The notes: generated from the sequence alone by a model not told the origin. A stretch of DNA of 64,000 nt from Thermoplasmata archaeon (GCA_020348445.1 CP070751.1:5081187-5145186), one strand, 5' to 3'. Positions 7,667 through 17,437 are shown, counted from the stretch's first letter. Numbers and translations: made by a program.

Positions 7667-10021
7667 TTATTTGGATACGTCCTTCACTTTTGCCCTATTC
7701 TCCTTTTCCACCCTCCCAATCTTCTTAATCTTCTTTACGAACATATCGATCATCTTGGGCATGACCTTGAACGTGGGAAGCAACATGGGCATGAACTGCA
7801 GCCTGTCCTTTTCTATCCCCAGTTCCTCCATCTTACTCCCGTACTCTTCGAGTCTCTTTTCAATTACCTCAGAAAGCTCCCCCCCTTCCTCATCAGACAA
7901 CAATATACCATCTGCGCCTTTTGAAAATGCGAACATAATATGTGCAATACTTATTCGTGCCGCAGAAGGCACCCTGATTATACGAATCTCGGGTGAATAG
8001 GACATCCTGGCCGTACCTGTAGAGTCTGCAGCCGTGTACGAGAGCCTGTCACCAAAGAATCCAAGTATCACTGGCTCTTTTTCTTCCTCCTTGTCCGCTA
8101 GAATGCCAGATATCTCGGCTAAAATCTGGGAATCTTTGTAATGATGCATGTCCAATGCATTATCATCGCATTCAGGAATACAGGCACCGCAGCCTGTGCA
8201 TGCAAAGGAGTCAAGAATGATCTCGGGCTCTATTGATATTGCAGAAACAGGGCATACAGGTACACATTTTCCGCATTTGGTACAGTTCTCTGGGATGATA
8301 AAGGCCTTTATCGGGTCCATCACCATCATGCCGTCACCAATAAACTCAATTGCCTTGGCTGCTGCACTGTTTGCATCTGTTACACATTCATGAATATCCT
8401 TGGGACCCAAAGCGCAGCCTGCAGAAAATATACCCACATGATGCGTGCTAACTGGATCCAGCTTGGGATGTTTTTCTGCAATAAAACCATCAGGACCAAG
8501 GGGGATTTTCAGAATCTTTGCCAAATTTTCGCTGTCCTTGGCAGGAAGTAAGGCAGGGCACAGAACCACCATATCAAATTCATTGTCAAAAATCTCACCT
8601 GCTGCCACATCCTCAGCCCGAACCACAAGGCCATTTTCTGAGGGGACAACCTCTGCACCTCGACTTTTTACAAAATTTACCTTGTACTCATCCTGGGCCC
8701 TCAAGTAGAACTCCTCGCAACCCCTGGTAGAAGCGCGGATATCAAGGTAGTACACCCATACTTCCATGTATCTAAAATATTCCCGTAATTGAACAGAGTG
8801 CTTGATTGCATATGTACAACCTACCTTGCAACAGTGGGCAACTCCCTTATTCACATCCCTTGAGCCAACACAAAGAAGATAACCGATCTTCTTCACCCTT
8901 TTTCCATCACTCAACCTCTTCAGCACCTTTCCCTCTGCCGCTTCATTGATAAACAATCTCTCCATTTGCATGGCAGATATGACATCTGGATGCTCAAAAT
9001 TGTACTCGGCTAGAGACATGGAATCAAATAGCTCAAATCCTGTGGCTGTGATAATTACCCCCACATCCAGCTCCAGTATCTTTTGCTCATCCTCTAAATT
9101 CACAGCAGCAACAGGGCATGCATCCACACAAGCTCCACACTCAGTACAGTTTTCAAAGTCTATGACATAAGAGGGCGGGACAGCCTGGGGAAATGGTTTG
9201 TAAATCGCTTTTCTCTGATACAGACCCTCATCAAACTCATGCACTACCTCAACAGGACATCCTTCAGAGCATTCACCGCAACACAGGCAAAGCTCTGTAT
9301 CCACACCCCTTGGTTTTTGGGTTATCTTGACGTTAAAATTACCTGGTGAACCTTCAACCCCTACAACCTCTGAACAAGTGAGTAGGGTGATATTTGGTTG
9401 AATGCTTAAGTCCGCCATTTTCGGAGCCAGGATGCAAGGCGAGCAGTCAAGTGTGGGATAGGTTTTACTGAGCTGTGCCATGTGACCACCTATTGAGGGA
9501 TTTCTTTCCAATAAAGTCACATGGTATCCGCTTTGGGCAAGCTGCAATGAAGAGGTAATACCGGCGATCCCACCGCCTATTACCAGCACATTCTTATTGA
9601 TATCCACTTTCTTGGATTCCAATGCTTCCAACTCCCTTGCCCGAAGAACTCCTGCGCGAACCAGATCAAGTGCTTTTTGCGTACCCAGTTGTTTGTCATC
9701 GTGAATCCATGAGCACTGCTCCCTTAGATTCACTTGAACAACAAGATACGGATTTAGACCTGCCTCCTCTGCAACATTCTTAAAAAGAATCTCGTGCATA
9801 TGTGGGGAGCATGCAGAAACAACCATCCCATCAAGCTCTTTTTCCTTGATTGCATTTTTTATTGACTCCAGATTCAGCTTAGAGCAAGTGAACTGTGTAA
9901 CTTCAACAAATGCAACACCCTCGATATTTTTCACTTTTTCTCCAAGTGATTCCACATCCACGGTTTTTGAGATGTTGCCACCGCAGCCGCATATGAACAC
10001 ACCTATTTTTTTTTCCGGCAT
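7667..10021 (-). CDS. hdrA: Heterodisulfide reductase subunit A-like flavoprotein fused to a C-terminal MvhD/FlpD-like domain
   Basis: GVFICGCGGNI, ACSP, NLREQCSW, FAD motif VIGGGIAG, TLDCSPCIL, CVGSRD, four CxxCxxCxxxC ferredoxin motifs and GCALGPKDI. C-terminal SYTAAD...IRIIRV...KGADG is MvhD-like. Confidence 0.9.
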   Translation of the reverse strand: MPEKKIGVFICGCGGNISKTVDVESLGEKVKNIEGVAFVEVTQFTCSKLNLESIKNAIKEKELDGMVVSACSPHMHEILFKNVAEEAGLNPYLVVQVNLREQCSWIHDDKQLGTQKALDLVRAGVLRARELEALESKKVDINKNVLVIGGGIAGITSSLQLAQSGYHVTLLERNPSIGGHMAQLSKTYPTLDCSPCILAPKMADLSIQPNITLLTCSEVVGVEGSPGNFNVKITQKPRGVDTELCLCCGECSEGCPVEVVHEFDEGLYQRKAIYKPFPQAVPPSYVIDFENCTECGACVDACPVAAVNLEDEQKILELDVGVIITATGFELFDSMSLAEYNFEHPDVISAMQMERLFINEAAEGKVLKRLSDGKRVKKIGYLLCVGSRDVNKGVAHCCKVGCTYAIKHSVQLREYFRYMEVWVYYLDIRASTRGCEEFYLRAQDEYKVNFVKSRGAEVVPSENGLVVRAEDVAAGEIFDNEFDMVVLCPALLPAKDSENLAKILKIPLGPDGFIAEKHPKLDPVSTHHVGIFSAGCALGPKDIHECVTDANSAAAKAIEFIGDGMMVMDPIKAFIIPENCTKCGKCVPVCPVSAISIEPEIILDSFACTGCGACIPECDDNALDMHHYKDSQILAEISGILADKEEEKEPVILGFFGDRLSYTAADSTGTARMSYSPEIRIIRVPSAARISIAHIMFAFSKGADGILLSDEEGGELSEVIEKRLEEYGSKMEELGIEKDRLQFMPMLLPTFKVMPKMIDMFVKKIKKIGRVEKENRAKVKDVSK

Positions 10022-10043
10022 ATTATCCCTTCCTGGGAAATAT

Positions 10044-13000
10044 TCACACCTTACTAGGGGTATCTTGAGGCTCCATTTCCATCATAAATCTTGGTAATAT
10101 CTCGGCGACCTCGTAATCCTTGCCTTTCTCCATTTTTCCTTCGACATCCTTTGCTTTTTCAGGCGAAATAAGAGAGATATTTATCCTTCCTCCTTCCTCT
10201 GAATATTTCTTGTCTATTATGGCCAATCCATGTTGTAGGCCCTCCACAAGAACGCAGCTTGTCACTGTCCCAATTTCCTTTTCCTCCAAATTGTATACAG
10301 GGTAGCCTGGTCTTATTGCACGGATGCCCCGAGATTCCATCCTGTACCTTACAATTGATCTATTCCACCCAAGGAACCTTGAAAACTGTCCTTCCCTGCC
10401 TATGAAAAAAGGCTTGTGAAACTTCACAAAGGAGCCGTACCCTGCTTCAATGGGGTCTATGTCATGATCCCCGGCAAGCTCATGACCGTACAACGGAAAT
10501 CCTGCCTCAGTTCTTGTTGAATCCCTTGCTCCGAGACCACAGGGCTTGATTCCAAAAGGCTCGCCTTTTTCCAAAAGAAGATTCCAAATATTCGGGGCAT
10601 CGTCTGGATGAAGATAAAGCTCAAATCCGATCTCTTCACCCGTGTAACCAGTTCTTGAAATCATAACATCAATTCCTTGTAGCTTTGCAAAAATAAATTC
10701 CAATTTTTTTAGCCTGGCCAATTCTAAGCCCGTGGAATCATCAGCACATTCTTGAAGGATTTTTAGGGAATTGGGACCCTGGAGGCTGAGGTCGATTTTT
10801 CTATCGGGTCCACAGGATTCGTCCTTTAAATCACGAATAGTTAAAGAACCCTCGATCTCTATCTCTGGATTGTTATTATCAATCATATATTGTTTTGTAG
10901 CTACAGCCTCAAGCCAGGCCTTGATCTTGTCCATGTTCACAGCATTTACCACCATCATGTATTTCTCATAATCCAGACGATAGATAAAGACATCATCAAG
11001 GACATTACCCCCAGGATCAAGAATATATGAATAATGGGACTGTCCAGGTCTTAGCCAGGGAACGTAGTTAGTCGTCACAAAATCCAAAAACCGAGTGGCG
11101 TGCTCCCCCGAAAATTCCAAAATACCCATATGGGAGACATCGAACAATCCAGCTGTTTCCCTGACTGCCTCATGCTCATCACTTGTCTTGGTGTACCAAA
11201 GCGGCATTTCCCAGCCAGCGAAGGACGCCATCTTCTTTGTAAGTTTTATATGTTCATCATTTAGGCAACTTTTTTTAAGGGATTTTTCTTCAGGAACATA
11301 ATCGTATTTCTTTTTAATGGAGTCTTTCTTTTGTATTCCTTTTACTATCTGTTTTTGGCCAACAAAGTACGACTTGTTCAAATCAAAGAATGATTCATGG
11401 TTCTGATAAAGGGTAATCCCATCTGATTTCTGCATTTCATCAAGATTTGGCAGCCCTGATTCTTTTTGTATTCTTTGCCTAGCATTTAATCCAGCGGCTT
11501 TGATTCCCAAAGCCTTCCCAGTAAGTAATATTTTATCCCAGATTTTTTGTACACTGGATGGGGAAATAAACATATCATATCCTAAAAAGTCTCCATGAGA
11601 CTCGCATGAGACTAATATATCGACATCATCTATCTTTCCCTTTGAAAAGTATGAAGGTTCAAGAGACCCCACCTCAGGAACCAACTTAGTCATTATCTCT
11701 TTAGCCATCGGGCCTATCAGAGCCAAGGCAGTCATTTGATTCTTATCTTCCACCTCCTTCAAGTCCCTAACCACGCAGGGACCCTCCACCTTCATAAAAA
11801 CGTCATCATCAAAAAGGACGTAACCATCTGAAAGAGCGCGTAACCAGGTTTTGATCCTCTCACAACTTGCTGAGCTTGTTACAAGAATGCACCTGCTTCT
11901 TTCCTTTCTATCATGCTCCATCCTGAGAATATGAACATCACCCATGGGCTTAGAATCCTTATACAGGAAGAAACCCCAGGCTCCCATGCCAGGTGGAAGG
12001 CTGCCTACATCCTTTGTTACAGTCTGCTGCAAAAAGGGCATCACCCGATCTGTATCTCCAGATATCTCGAGAATCCCCAGATCCCACATGTCAAATAAAG
12101 CAGCACCCTCCTTTGCTGCCAAAAATTCAGATTCAGAATCTCCATAATGTATGGGAACAACAGGACCACTTGTATCCTCAAACTTCCCATTTAACAACTC
12201 ATGTTGAGCTTTCAGAGGAGTATCCTTGGCTTTCATCTCATCAATTGAGTAATAATGGGGATACCCACTTGACAAACTCACCTTATCCCTGGCAAGGCTC
12301 TTTTCCAGCTCTGCAACCTCGGCTTTAATCTCTTCCATTAGATCGAAATCGATTTTTCCACGGCCAGTTTCTCTCACACCGCCAAGATAATAAAATGGAT
12401 GTATGTTGGTTAAAACCTTGTGAACCAGATATGCTATCTTCTCCATCTCCTTTTTACCCATACCTCTTTGGGTTGCCCATGTGGTTCCAAGTCTTATTGC
12501 AGAGGGATGCACAGGATTTTCATCACCTACAATGGCGTTCTTGTTGCACGTAAGACCGCACAGATCAAGTATCCTGGATACGGCCTCACCACTCATCTGA
12601 TAACCTGTCTTAGATTTTATGCCCTTTAGGTCAATTAAAACCATATGAGTATTTGTGCCCCCGTAGGCAAGTTTAAGACCCAGGGCTTCAAGGGACTTGC
12701 CAAGATGCTCTGCATTCTTAACTATTTGTTTGGATAGCTCCTTGAACTCTTGCGTCTGCGCTATCTTGAAACAAACGGCCTTAGCAGCTATATTGCAGAT
12801 GTGTGGCCCCCCCTGCTCACCTGGAAACACGGCAGTTTCAATTAACCTTGCCTTTTCCTCGTCAGTTGTTATAATCACAGCACCTCTTGGACCGCACATG
12901 GTCTTGTGGGTTGTAAATGCCGCAATGTCGGCGATTCCCACGGGATTGGAAACAACGCATGCAGAAACCAAGCCTGCAGTATGTGCAATATCAGCATGCA

Positions 13001-13817
13001 GTATGCAACCTCCTTCAACTGAATCTGCAATGTCCCTCATTTTTTTCCAGTCAATATCCCAGGGATATGCACTGTATCCTGCTATAATCATCTTGGGTTG
13101 ATGCTCCTTGGCAAGTATTTTAATTGCCTCATAATCAAGCCTTCCAGTGGACAAGTTTACAGTGTAGGGGATGATATTGTAGAACTTGCCCGAACGGTTG
13201 GCTTCGCTTCCATGCGTGAGATGACCACCAGAATCCAGAGCCATACCCATTACCGTGTCTCCAGGCTCCAAGAAAGCCTCGTACACAGCGTTGTTTGCAG
13301 CTGCACCAGACAGGGGCTGGACGTTGACAAAAATCCTCTCTACAGAAACCTCCTTTGATACAAAGAGCTCTGCACAGCGTTTCTGAGCCAGGGCTTCAAT
13401 AAAATTAACATAATCAACGCCTTTGTAGTACCTCCTGTCAGCGTATCTTCTCTGAAATGTAAGCTGCCTGTCAAAATCCAGAAGCTCGTCTCTTTCGTCG
13501 CGGATGTACCTCATATGTGGATAACCCTCAGCATAAAGGTTGGTAAAAACAGAGGCCAGAGCTTCCTTAACAGGCGCAGGGCATATACTCTCAGATGCTA
13601 TGAGCATTATCTTTCTGGCTTGCCTTTCCTCTTCTAGGTTGATCAGGTAGTCGGTCTCGGGATCCACTGTTGACAGCTCATCTTCAAAGAAGAAATTAGA
13701 AGGCGCTTTTGAATTGGTCATCACAACACCCCAATTATGCAAAATCTCAGGTGATTTTGCATTCGCCACCATACCAAATTCCAGGTACAAATAGTTTTTT
13801 ACAAAGACCTTGAGCAT
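10044..13817 (-). CDS. glyA-gcvT: Fusion of serine hydroxymethyltransferase (GlyA), a degenerate GcvT-like domain and a complete glycine-cleavage T protein
   Basis: SHMT motifs LIASE, YAEGYP, NVQPLSG, GGHLTHG, DIAH, TTHKT (PLP Lys), FPGEQGGP, IRLGT. GcvT motifs FAGWEMPLWY, GLFDVSHMG, SRTGYTGE, CGLGARDSTRTEAG. The true start may be a downstream Met. Confidence 0.92.
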   Translation of the reverse strand: MLKVFVKNYLYLEFGMVANAKSPEILHNWGVVMTNSKAPSNFFFEDELSTVDPETDYLINLEEERQARKIMLIASESICPAPVKEALASVFTNLYAEGYPHMRYIRDERDELLDFDRQLTFQRRYADRRYYKGVDYVNFIEALAQKRCAELFVSKEVSVERIFVNVQPLSGAAANNAVYEAFLEPGDTVMGMALDSGGHLTHGSEANRSGKFYNIIPYTVNLSTGRLDYEAIKILAKEHQPKMIIAGYSAYPWDIDWKKMRDIADSVEGGCILHADIAHTAGLVSACVVSNPVGIADIAAFTTHKTMCGPRGAVIITTDEEKARLIETAVFPGEQGGPHICNIAAKAVCFKIAQTQEFKELSKQIVKNAEHLGKSLEALGLKLAYGGTNTHMVLIDLKGIKSKTGYQMSGEAVSRILDLCGLTCNKNAIVGDENPVHPSAIRLGTTWATQRGMGKKEMEKIAYLVHKVLTNIHPFYYLGGVRETGRGKIDFDLMEEIKAEVAELEKSLARDKVSLSSGYPHYYSIDEMKAKDTPLKAQHELLNGKFEDTSGPVVPIHYGDSESEFLAAKEGAALFDMWDLGILEISGDTDRVMPFLQQTVTKDVGSLPPGMGAWGFFLYKDSKPMGDVHILRMEHDRKERSRCILVTSSASCERIKTWLRALSDGYVLFDDDVFMKVEGPCVVRDLKEVEDKNQMTALALIGPMAKEIMTKLVPEVGSLEPSYFSKGKIDDVDILVSCESHGDFLGYDMFISPSSVQKIWDKILLTGKALGIKAAGLNARQRIQKESGLPNLDEMQKSDGITLYQNHESFFDLNKSYFVGQKQIVKGIQKKDSIKKKYDYVPEEKSLKKSCLNDEHIKLTKKMASFAGWEMPLWYTKTSDEHEAVRETAGLFDVSHMGILEFSGEHATRFLDFVTTNYVPWLRPGQSHYSYILDPGGNVLDDVFIYRLDYEKYMMVVNAVNMDKIKAWLEAVATKQYMIDNNNPEIEIEGSLTIRDLKDESCGPDRKIDLSLQGPNSLKILQECADDSTGLELARLKKLEFIFAKLQGIDVMISRTGYTGEEIGFELYLHPDDAPNIWNLLLEKGEPFGIKPCGLGARDSTRTEAGFPLYGHELAGDHDIDPIEAGYGSFVKFHKPFFIGREGQFSRFLGWNRSIVRYRMESRGIRAIRPGYPVYNLEEKEIGTVTSCVLVEGLQHGLAIIDKKYSEEGGRINISLISPEKAKDVEGKMEKGKDYEVAEILPRFMMEMEPQDTPSKV

Positions 13818-13887
13818 AGAAATTACAAAATCCTTTTAAGCAATAAAACAATCACACAAACCAAAGAATCCAAAGGTGGAAATGTAA

Positions 13888-14427
13888 TTGAAAATACTTA
13901 TTCATGTTTGCTGCGCTCCTTGCTTCACCTATCCCCACAAACGCCTGCGCAAAGAGAATCATGAGGTTGTGGGTTTCTTTTACAACCCAAATATTCATCC
14001 ATATACAGAATACAAGGCCAGGCTTCACGCCTTGCAAAGGTATACATCCTTAAAACCTGTTGAAATTATTTACAATAATGAATATCCCTTGAAGGAATTT
14101 GTAAGCGGTCAATTGAAAGCTATGGATGAAGGAAAAAAAAGATGTGAGTTCTGCATCAAAACGAGACTCAAAAAAACGGCCCAAACAGCCAAGGATAAAG
14201 GATTTGACGCCTTTACAACTACGCTTTTGGAATCCAAATACCAGCCACATGATTTGATAAGGGAAATAGGAGAGGACTGCGCTAAAGAATTTGATTGCGG
14301 TTTCTATTACGAGGATTTCAGGGTAGGATGGAAGGAATCGGTGAGCTTGTCAAAAGAATTAGAATTGTATAGACAAAAATATTGCGGATGCATATTCAGC
14401 GAGAAAGAAAGATATTTAGACAAATAA
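13888..14427 (+). CDS. queH: Epoxyqueuosine reductase QueH (DUF208) family Fe-S protein
   Basis: HVCCAPC, FYNPNIHP, RCEFC, FTTTLL and YCGCIFS motifs. TTG start with AGGTGG RBS. Confidence 0.88.
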   Translation: MKILIHVCCAPCFTYPHKRLRKENHEVVGFFYNPNIHPYTEYKARLHALQRYTSLKPVEIIYNNEYPLKEFVSGQLKAMDEGKKRCEFCIKTRLKKTAQTAKDKGFDAFTTTLLESKYQPHDLIREIGEDCAKEFDCGFYYEDFRVGWKESVSLSKELELYRQKYCGCIFSEKERYLDK

Positions 14428-14503
14428 TTGTTTTTTAAAATATAGTAGAAAAAAAGATAGGCCAGGCTAGTAATTTGTAATCCTCATTCAGATATGAGAC
14501 AAT

Positions 14504-15097
14504 CTACTGTGTAAATGTCTCGCCCTTCTCGTAGGTATCCTTCAGATGCTTTATCAAGTTCTCCCTGTTTCGCCTGATATGGGACTCAAACCAAATCTTG
14601 ACCACATCCCCCAGAATCTTGTGCAACTTGTCAAAAGATAAGGAGTTTAAGGTGGAATCGTAAAGTACACGCTGAGTGAAAATTCTCTTCCATCCAGAGT
14701 ACTTGTAATAATGTTCTCCCTCGCAGTATTCGAATACCATCCGAAGATGTGTGGCTTTGGCTGTGTTGTAATACCAGGCTTTCAGCGAATCACCTACCCT
14801 GCCCTGATCCTGGGTTCTGTCTATGAGCTGAACTGTACTTACACCTGAAAAATTGAATTTTGGTTTGAACTTCCATGGTTCAGGGAAATCCTCGAATTGG
14901 GCAAACGCACTGTGTGAAGGCTCCATTGTAAAGTGCACACCCTCCTTGTTGAATCTTATCCAAATCCTCCAAAAGTCCTGGATCAATGTCTTGTTTATAT
15001 CCTCTTTTTGGGCGTTCTGCTCATCTACATCCAACAGAATTTCCTCTGTCCTTTTTTCCAATTCCTTATCGAGAGCTGCAAACCAATCATCTGCCAT
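14504..15097 (-). CDS. Hypothetical protein (197 aa)
   Basis: Clean ATG ORF with a GGAGG-like upstream context and protein-like composition. No recognised motif. Confidence 0.75.
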   Translation of the reverse strand: MADDWFAALDKELEKRTEEILLDVDEQNAQKEDINKTLIQDFWRIWIRFNKEGVHFTMEPSHSAFAQFEDFPEPWKFKPKFNFSGVSTVQLIDRTQDQGRVGDSLKAWYYNTAKATHLRMVFEYCEGEHYYKYSGWKRIFTQRVLYDSTLNSLSFDKLHKILGDVVKIWFESHIRRNRENLIKHLKDTYEKGETFTQ

Positions 15098-15260
15098 GGT
15101 ATCACTTCGGGAGGTATATGAATTACAAATTTAAAAAGGTTGTTATCGAAAGGGCATACCCAAAATCTAATTTATCCATTTTTTACATTTTTTCAACATG
15201 ATTTGCCATTTCCTAGAATGAGAATAAATCTACCTAAAAGTATAAATATTATATCAACAT

Positions 15261-15274
15261 TATACAATTGTATA
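15261..15274. promoter_or_regulatory. Perfect 14-bp palindrome TATACAATTGTATA, candidate operator of the XRE regulator
   Basis: Seen directly, 20 nt upstream of the probable ATG at 15295. Related TTGTATA half-sites lie upstream of the ABC operon (18683-18690, 18707-18720). Confidence 0.45.
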
Positions 15275-15294
15275 TAACATACATGGGAATTTCA

Positions 15295-15819
15295 ATGACA
15301 GTTGCAAACGAATTGATGGATAGTATCTTGGAATCAGATGATGCATTCAGGGTAACATTAAGAAGAATCCTAAAAACGGATTTGGGTATGAGCATTCCAG
15401 AGTTCAGTAAAGTCTCTGGTATTTCGCAAAGTACGATTTACAAGATAATATCTGAAAAAAGAGAGCCAAATCTAAGAACAATAAGACAGATAATCGAAGC
15501 AATAAGGAAAATCGAAGGCCTCAAGAAGGAGCCTTTCATAGCAATTATCGTGGCAAGGTCGGTTTTGAACAAGATAGAGGAAAGGAGGATGAAGATCGCA
15601 GGCAAGGAACTAACGATTCGGGAGTATCCTGCAAATTCCATGGAGGAAACCATAATCTCGGCAATTAAAGCGGAAAGGGATGGTGCCGTTGCTGTTGTTT
15701 GTGCGCCAATTGTGAGCACGACAATCGAAAAGGTTCTAAGAATTCCTGTTGCCACGATCATGCCAAAGGAAAGCATGAAAGAGGCCATAAAACTGGCTGC
15801 AAAAAAGACTGGGATTTAA
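15295..15819 (+). CDS. XRE/HTH transcriptional regulator with C-terminal ligand-binding domain (archaeal type)
   Basis: HTH segment MSIPEFSKVSGISQSTIYKIISEKREPNLRTI. C-terminal AVVCAPIVS domain. The ORF-track TTG start (15268) lies inside the palindrome, so ATG 15295 is preferred. Confidence 0.8.
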   Translation: MTVANELMDSILESDDAFRVTLRRILKTDLGMSIPEFSKVSGISQSTIYKIISEKREPNLRTIRQIIEAIRKIEGLKKEPFIAIIVARSVLNKIEERRMKIAGKELTIREYPANSMEETIISAIKAERDGAVAVVCAPIVSTTIEKVLRIPVATIMPKESMKEAIKLAAKKTGI

Positions 15820-16613
15820 CTCTCTTCTTTCTTACGTTCAGAGGCAATGGCCTTGGTGACTTCCTCTTCCACCTCACCTAAAATCTCATGTCTTAACTTT
15901 GCAAATTCTTTGCCAGCCCTATCCCTTGGTCTCAAGAGATCGATTGAGATTTCCTTTTTTATTGTAGCAGGTCTTGATGTGAGAACCACGACTCGATCCG
16001 AAAGATAAAGAGCTTCATCAACTGAGTGAGTTACAAAAACAATGGTCTTATTTGTTTTTTGCCAGATCCCCAACAATTCCCTTTGCATTATATTTCTGGT
16101 TTGAGCATCCAAGGATCCAAATGGCTCGTCCATTAGAAGGACATCGGGCTCATTTGCCAATGCCCTTGCAATACCCACCCGTTGTTTCATTCCACCCGAT
16201 AATTCATTTGGATGGGCGTTTTCAAATCCTTCCAAGTTCACAAGGTCAATGTAATGCATGGCAATTTCACGTCTTTTTTCTTTGGGCATTCCTTGGATCT
16301 CCAGGCCGAATTCGATGTTTTTAATCACAGTGCGCCACGGGAACAAAGCAAATTCCTGGAACACCATTCCGCGATTCGGACCCGGCCCTTCCACCTTTTC
16401 TCCTCTCTCATAAATGATACCTTCTGAAGGAATTTCTAGGCCTGCAATCAATCTAAGGATAGTGGTCTTTCCGCAACCTGACGGTCCTAGAAGAGTAATG
16501 AACTCCCCCTCTTCGATGGTGAGATTCAAATTCGAAATTGCGCTGACACTCTTATCATCAGAATCAAATATTTTTGTCAGATGTTCGATTTTAATCAGCG
16601 CATTCCCATCCAC
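15816..16613 (-). CDS. NitT/TauT-family ABC transporter ATP-binding subunit
   Basis: GPSGCGKT, Q-loop VFQE, LSGGMKQ signature, LLMDEPF, VTH switch. Confidence 0.95.
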   Translation of the reverse strand: MDGNALIKIEHLTKIFDSDDKSVSAISNLNLTIEEGEFITLLGPSGCGKTTILRLIAGLEIPSEGIIYERGEKVEGPGPNRGMVFQEFALFPWRTVIKNIEFGLEIQGMPKEKRREIAMHYIDLVNLEGFENAHPNELSGGMKQRVGIARALANEPDVLLMDEPFGSLDAQTRNIMQRELLGIWQKTNKTIVFVTHSVDEALYLSDRVVVLTSRPATIKKEISIDLLRPRDRAGKEFAKLRHEILGEVEEEVTKAIASERKKEES

Positions 16614-17437
16614 CTGGACACTCTCCTTTCTATATAACTGGCTCCACCTACTGTGATAAAGCCCAGAATACCTATTACGATCATTCCCGCGAACATATCG
16701 TCATATCGTCCCACATCAGCCATAGCAGATATATAAAATCCCACGCCACCGCCTGTAACTCCAACCATCTCTGCGGCAACGATACACATCCAACCTATAC
16801 CCAATCCGATCCTAATACCTGTCATGAGGGTGGGAATTACCGCTGGAAAAATCACCTTTTGCAGCATGTTTCGCTTTGTTACACCAAGGGTCTTTGCTGC
16901 ATCGATAATAATGGGATCTATTCTTTTTACACCGAAGATGGTGTTTATTAAAACCGGAAAGAAAATTCCTAAAAACACAATAAAGGCTGTATCAAAGGGC
17001 TCATCGAAAAACACAATTGCAAAAGGTATCCATGCTATTGGAGGTATCGGCCGAATCAATTCCACTATGGGATTACCAGCATTGTGCACATGTTTTGACC
17101 AGCCCATCAACAAACCCAAGGGAACTGCTAAAATAAATGCGATTATAAATCCATATAAAATCCTAACCATGGAGGCTAGAATATGTTCTCCCATGTAGCG
17201 CTGTGAAAATGGATCTCGGTTAAAAAATGAGGCTATTAGGGCGTCAAATACCATATGCGGTCTAGGAAGATACGGCTTATTTTGTAACTGGGCATATAAA
17301 TCCCATGCAAGAATAAATATGATTACAGCGAGGATACTTATTCCCAAGTGAATTAACCTATCTCTGTTTTTCTTTACCTTGAAAAATGAGAGAAAAAAAG
17401 TCCTGTTCTTTTGGGCCTTCGAAGCCTTTTTGTTCAT
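16595..17437 (-). CDS. NitT/TauT-family ABC transporter permease
   Basis: RPIPPIAWIP motif, EAA-like IIDAAKTLG loop, multiple TM segments. Confidence 0.93.
   Translation of the reverse strand: MNKKASKAQKNRTFFLSFFKVKKNRDRLIHLGISILAVIIFILAWDLYAQLQNKPYLPRPHMVFDALIASFFNRDPFSQRYMGEHILASMVRILYGFIIAFILAVPLGLLMGWSKHVHNAGNPIVELIRPIPPIAWIPFAIVFFDEPFDTAFIVFLGIFFPVLINTIFGVKRIDPIIIDAAKTLGVTKRNMLQKVIFPAVIPTLMTGIRIGLGIGWMCIVAAEMVGVTGGGVGFYISAMADVGRYDDMFAGMIVIGILGFITVGGASYIERRVSRWMGMR

Noticed and set aside
7667-10021. hdrA as evidence of methanogenesis
   Set aside because: HdrA homologs are widespread in non-methanogens, and no mcr, mtr or hdrBC genes are in the window.
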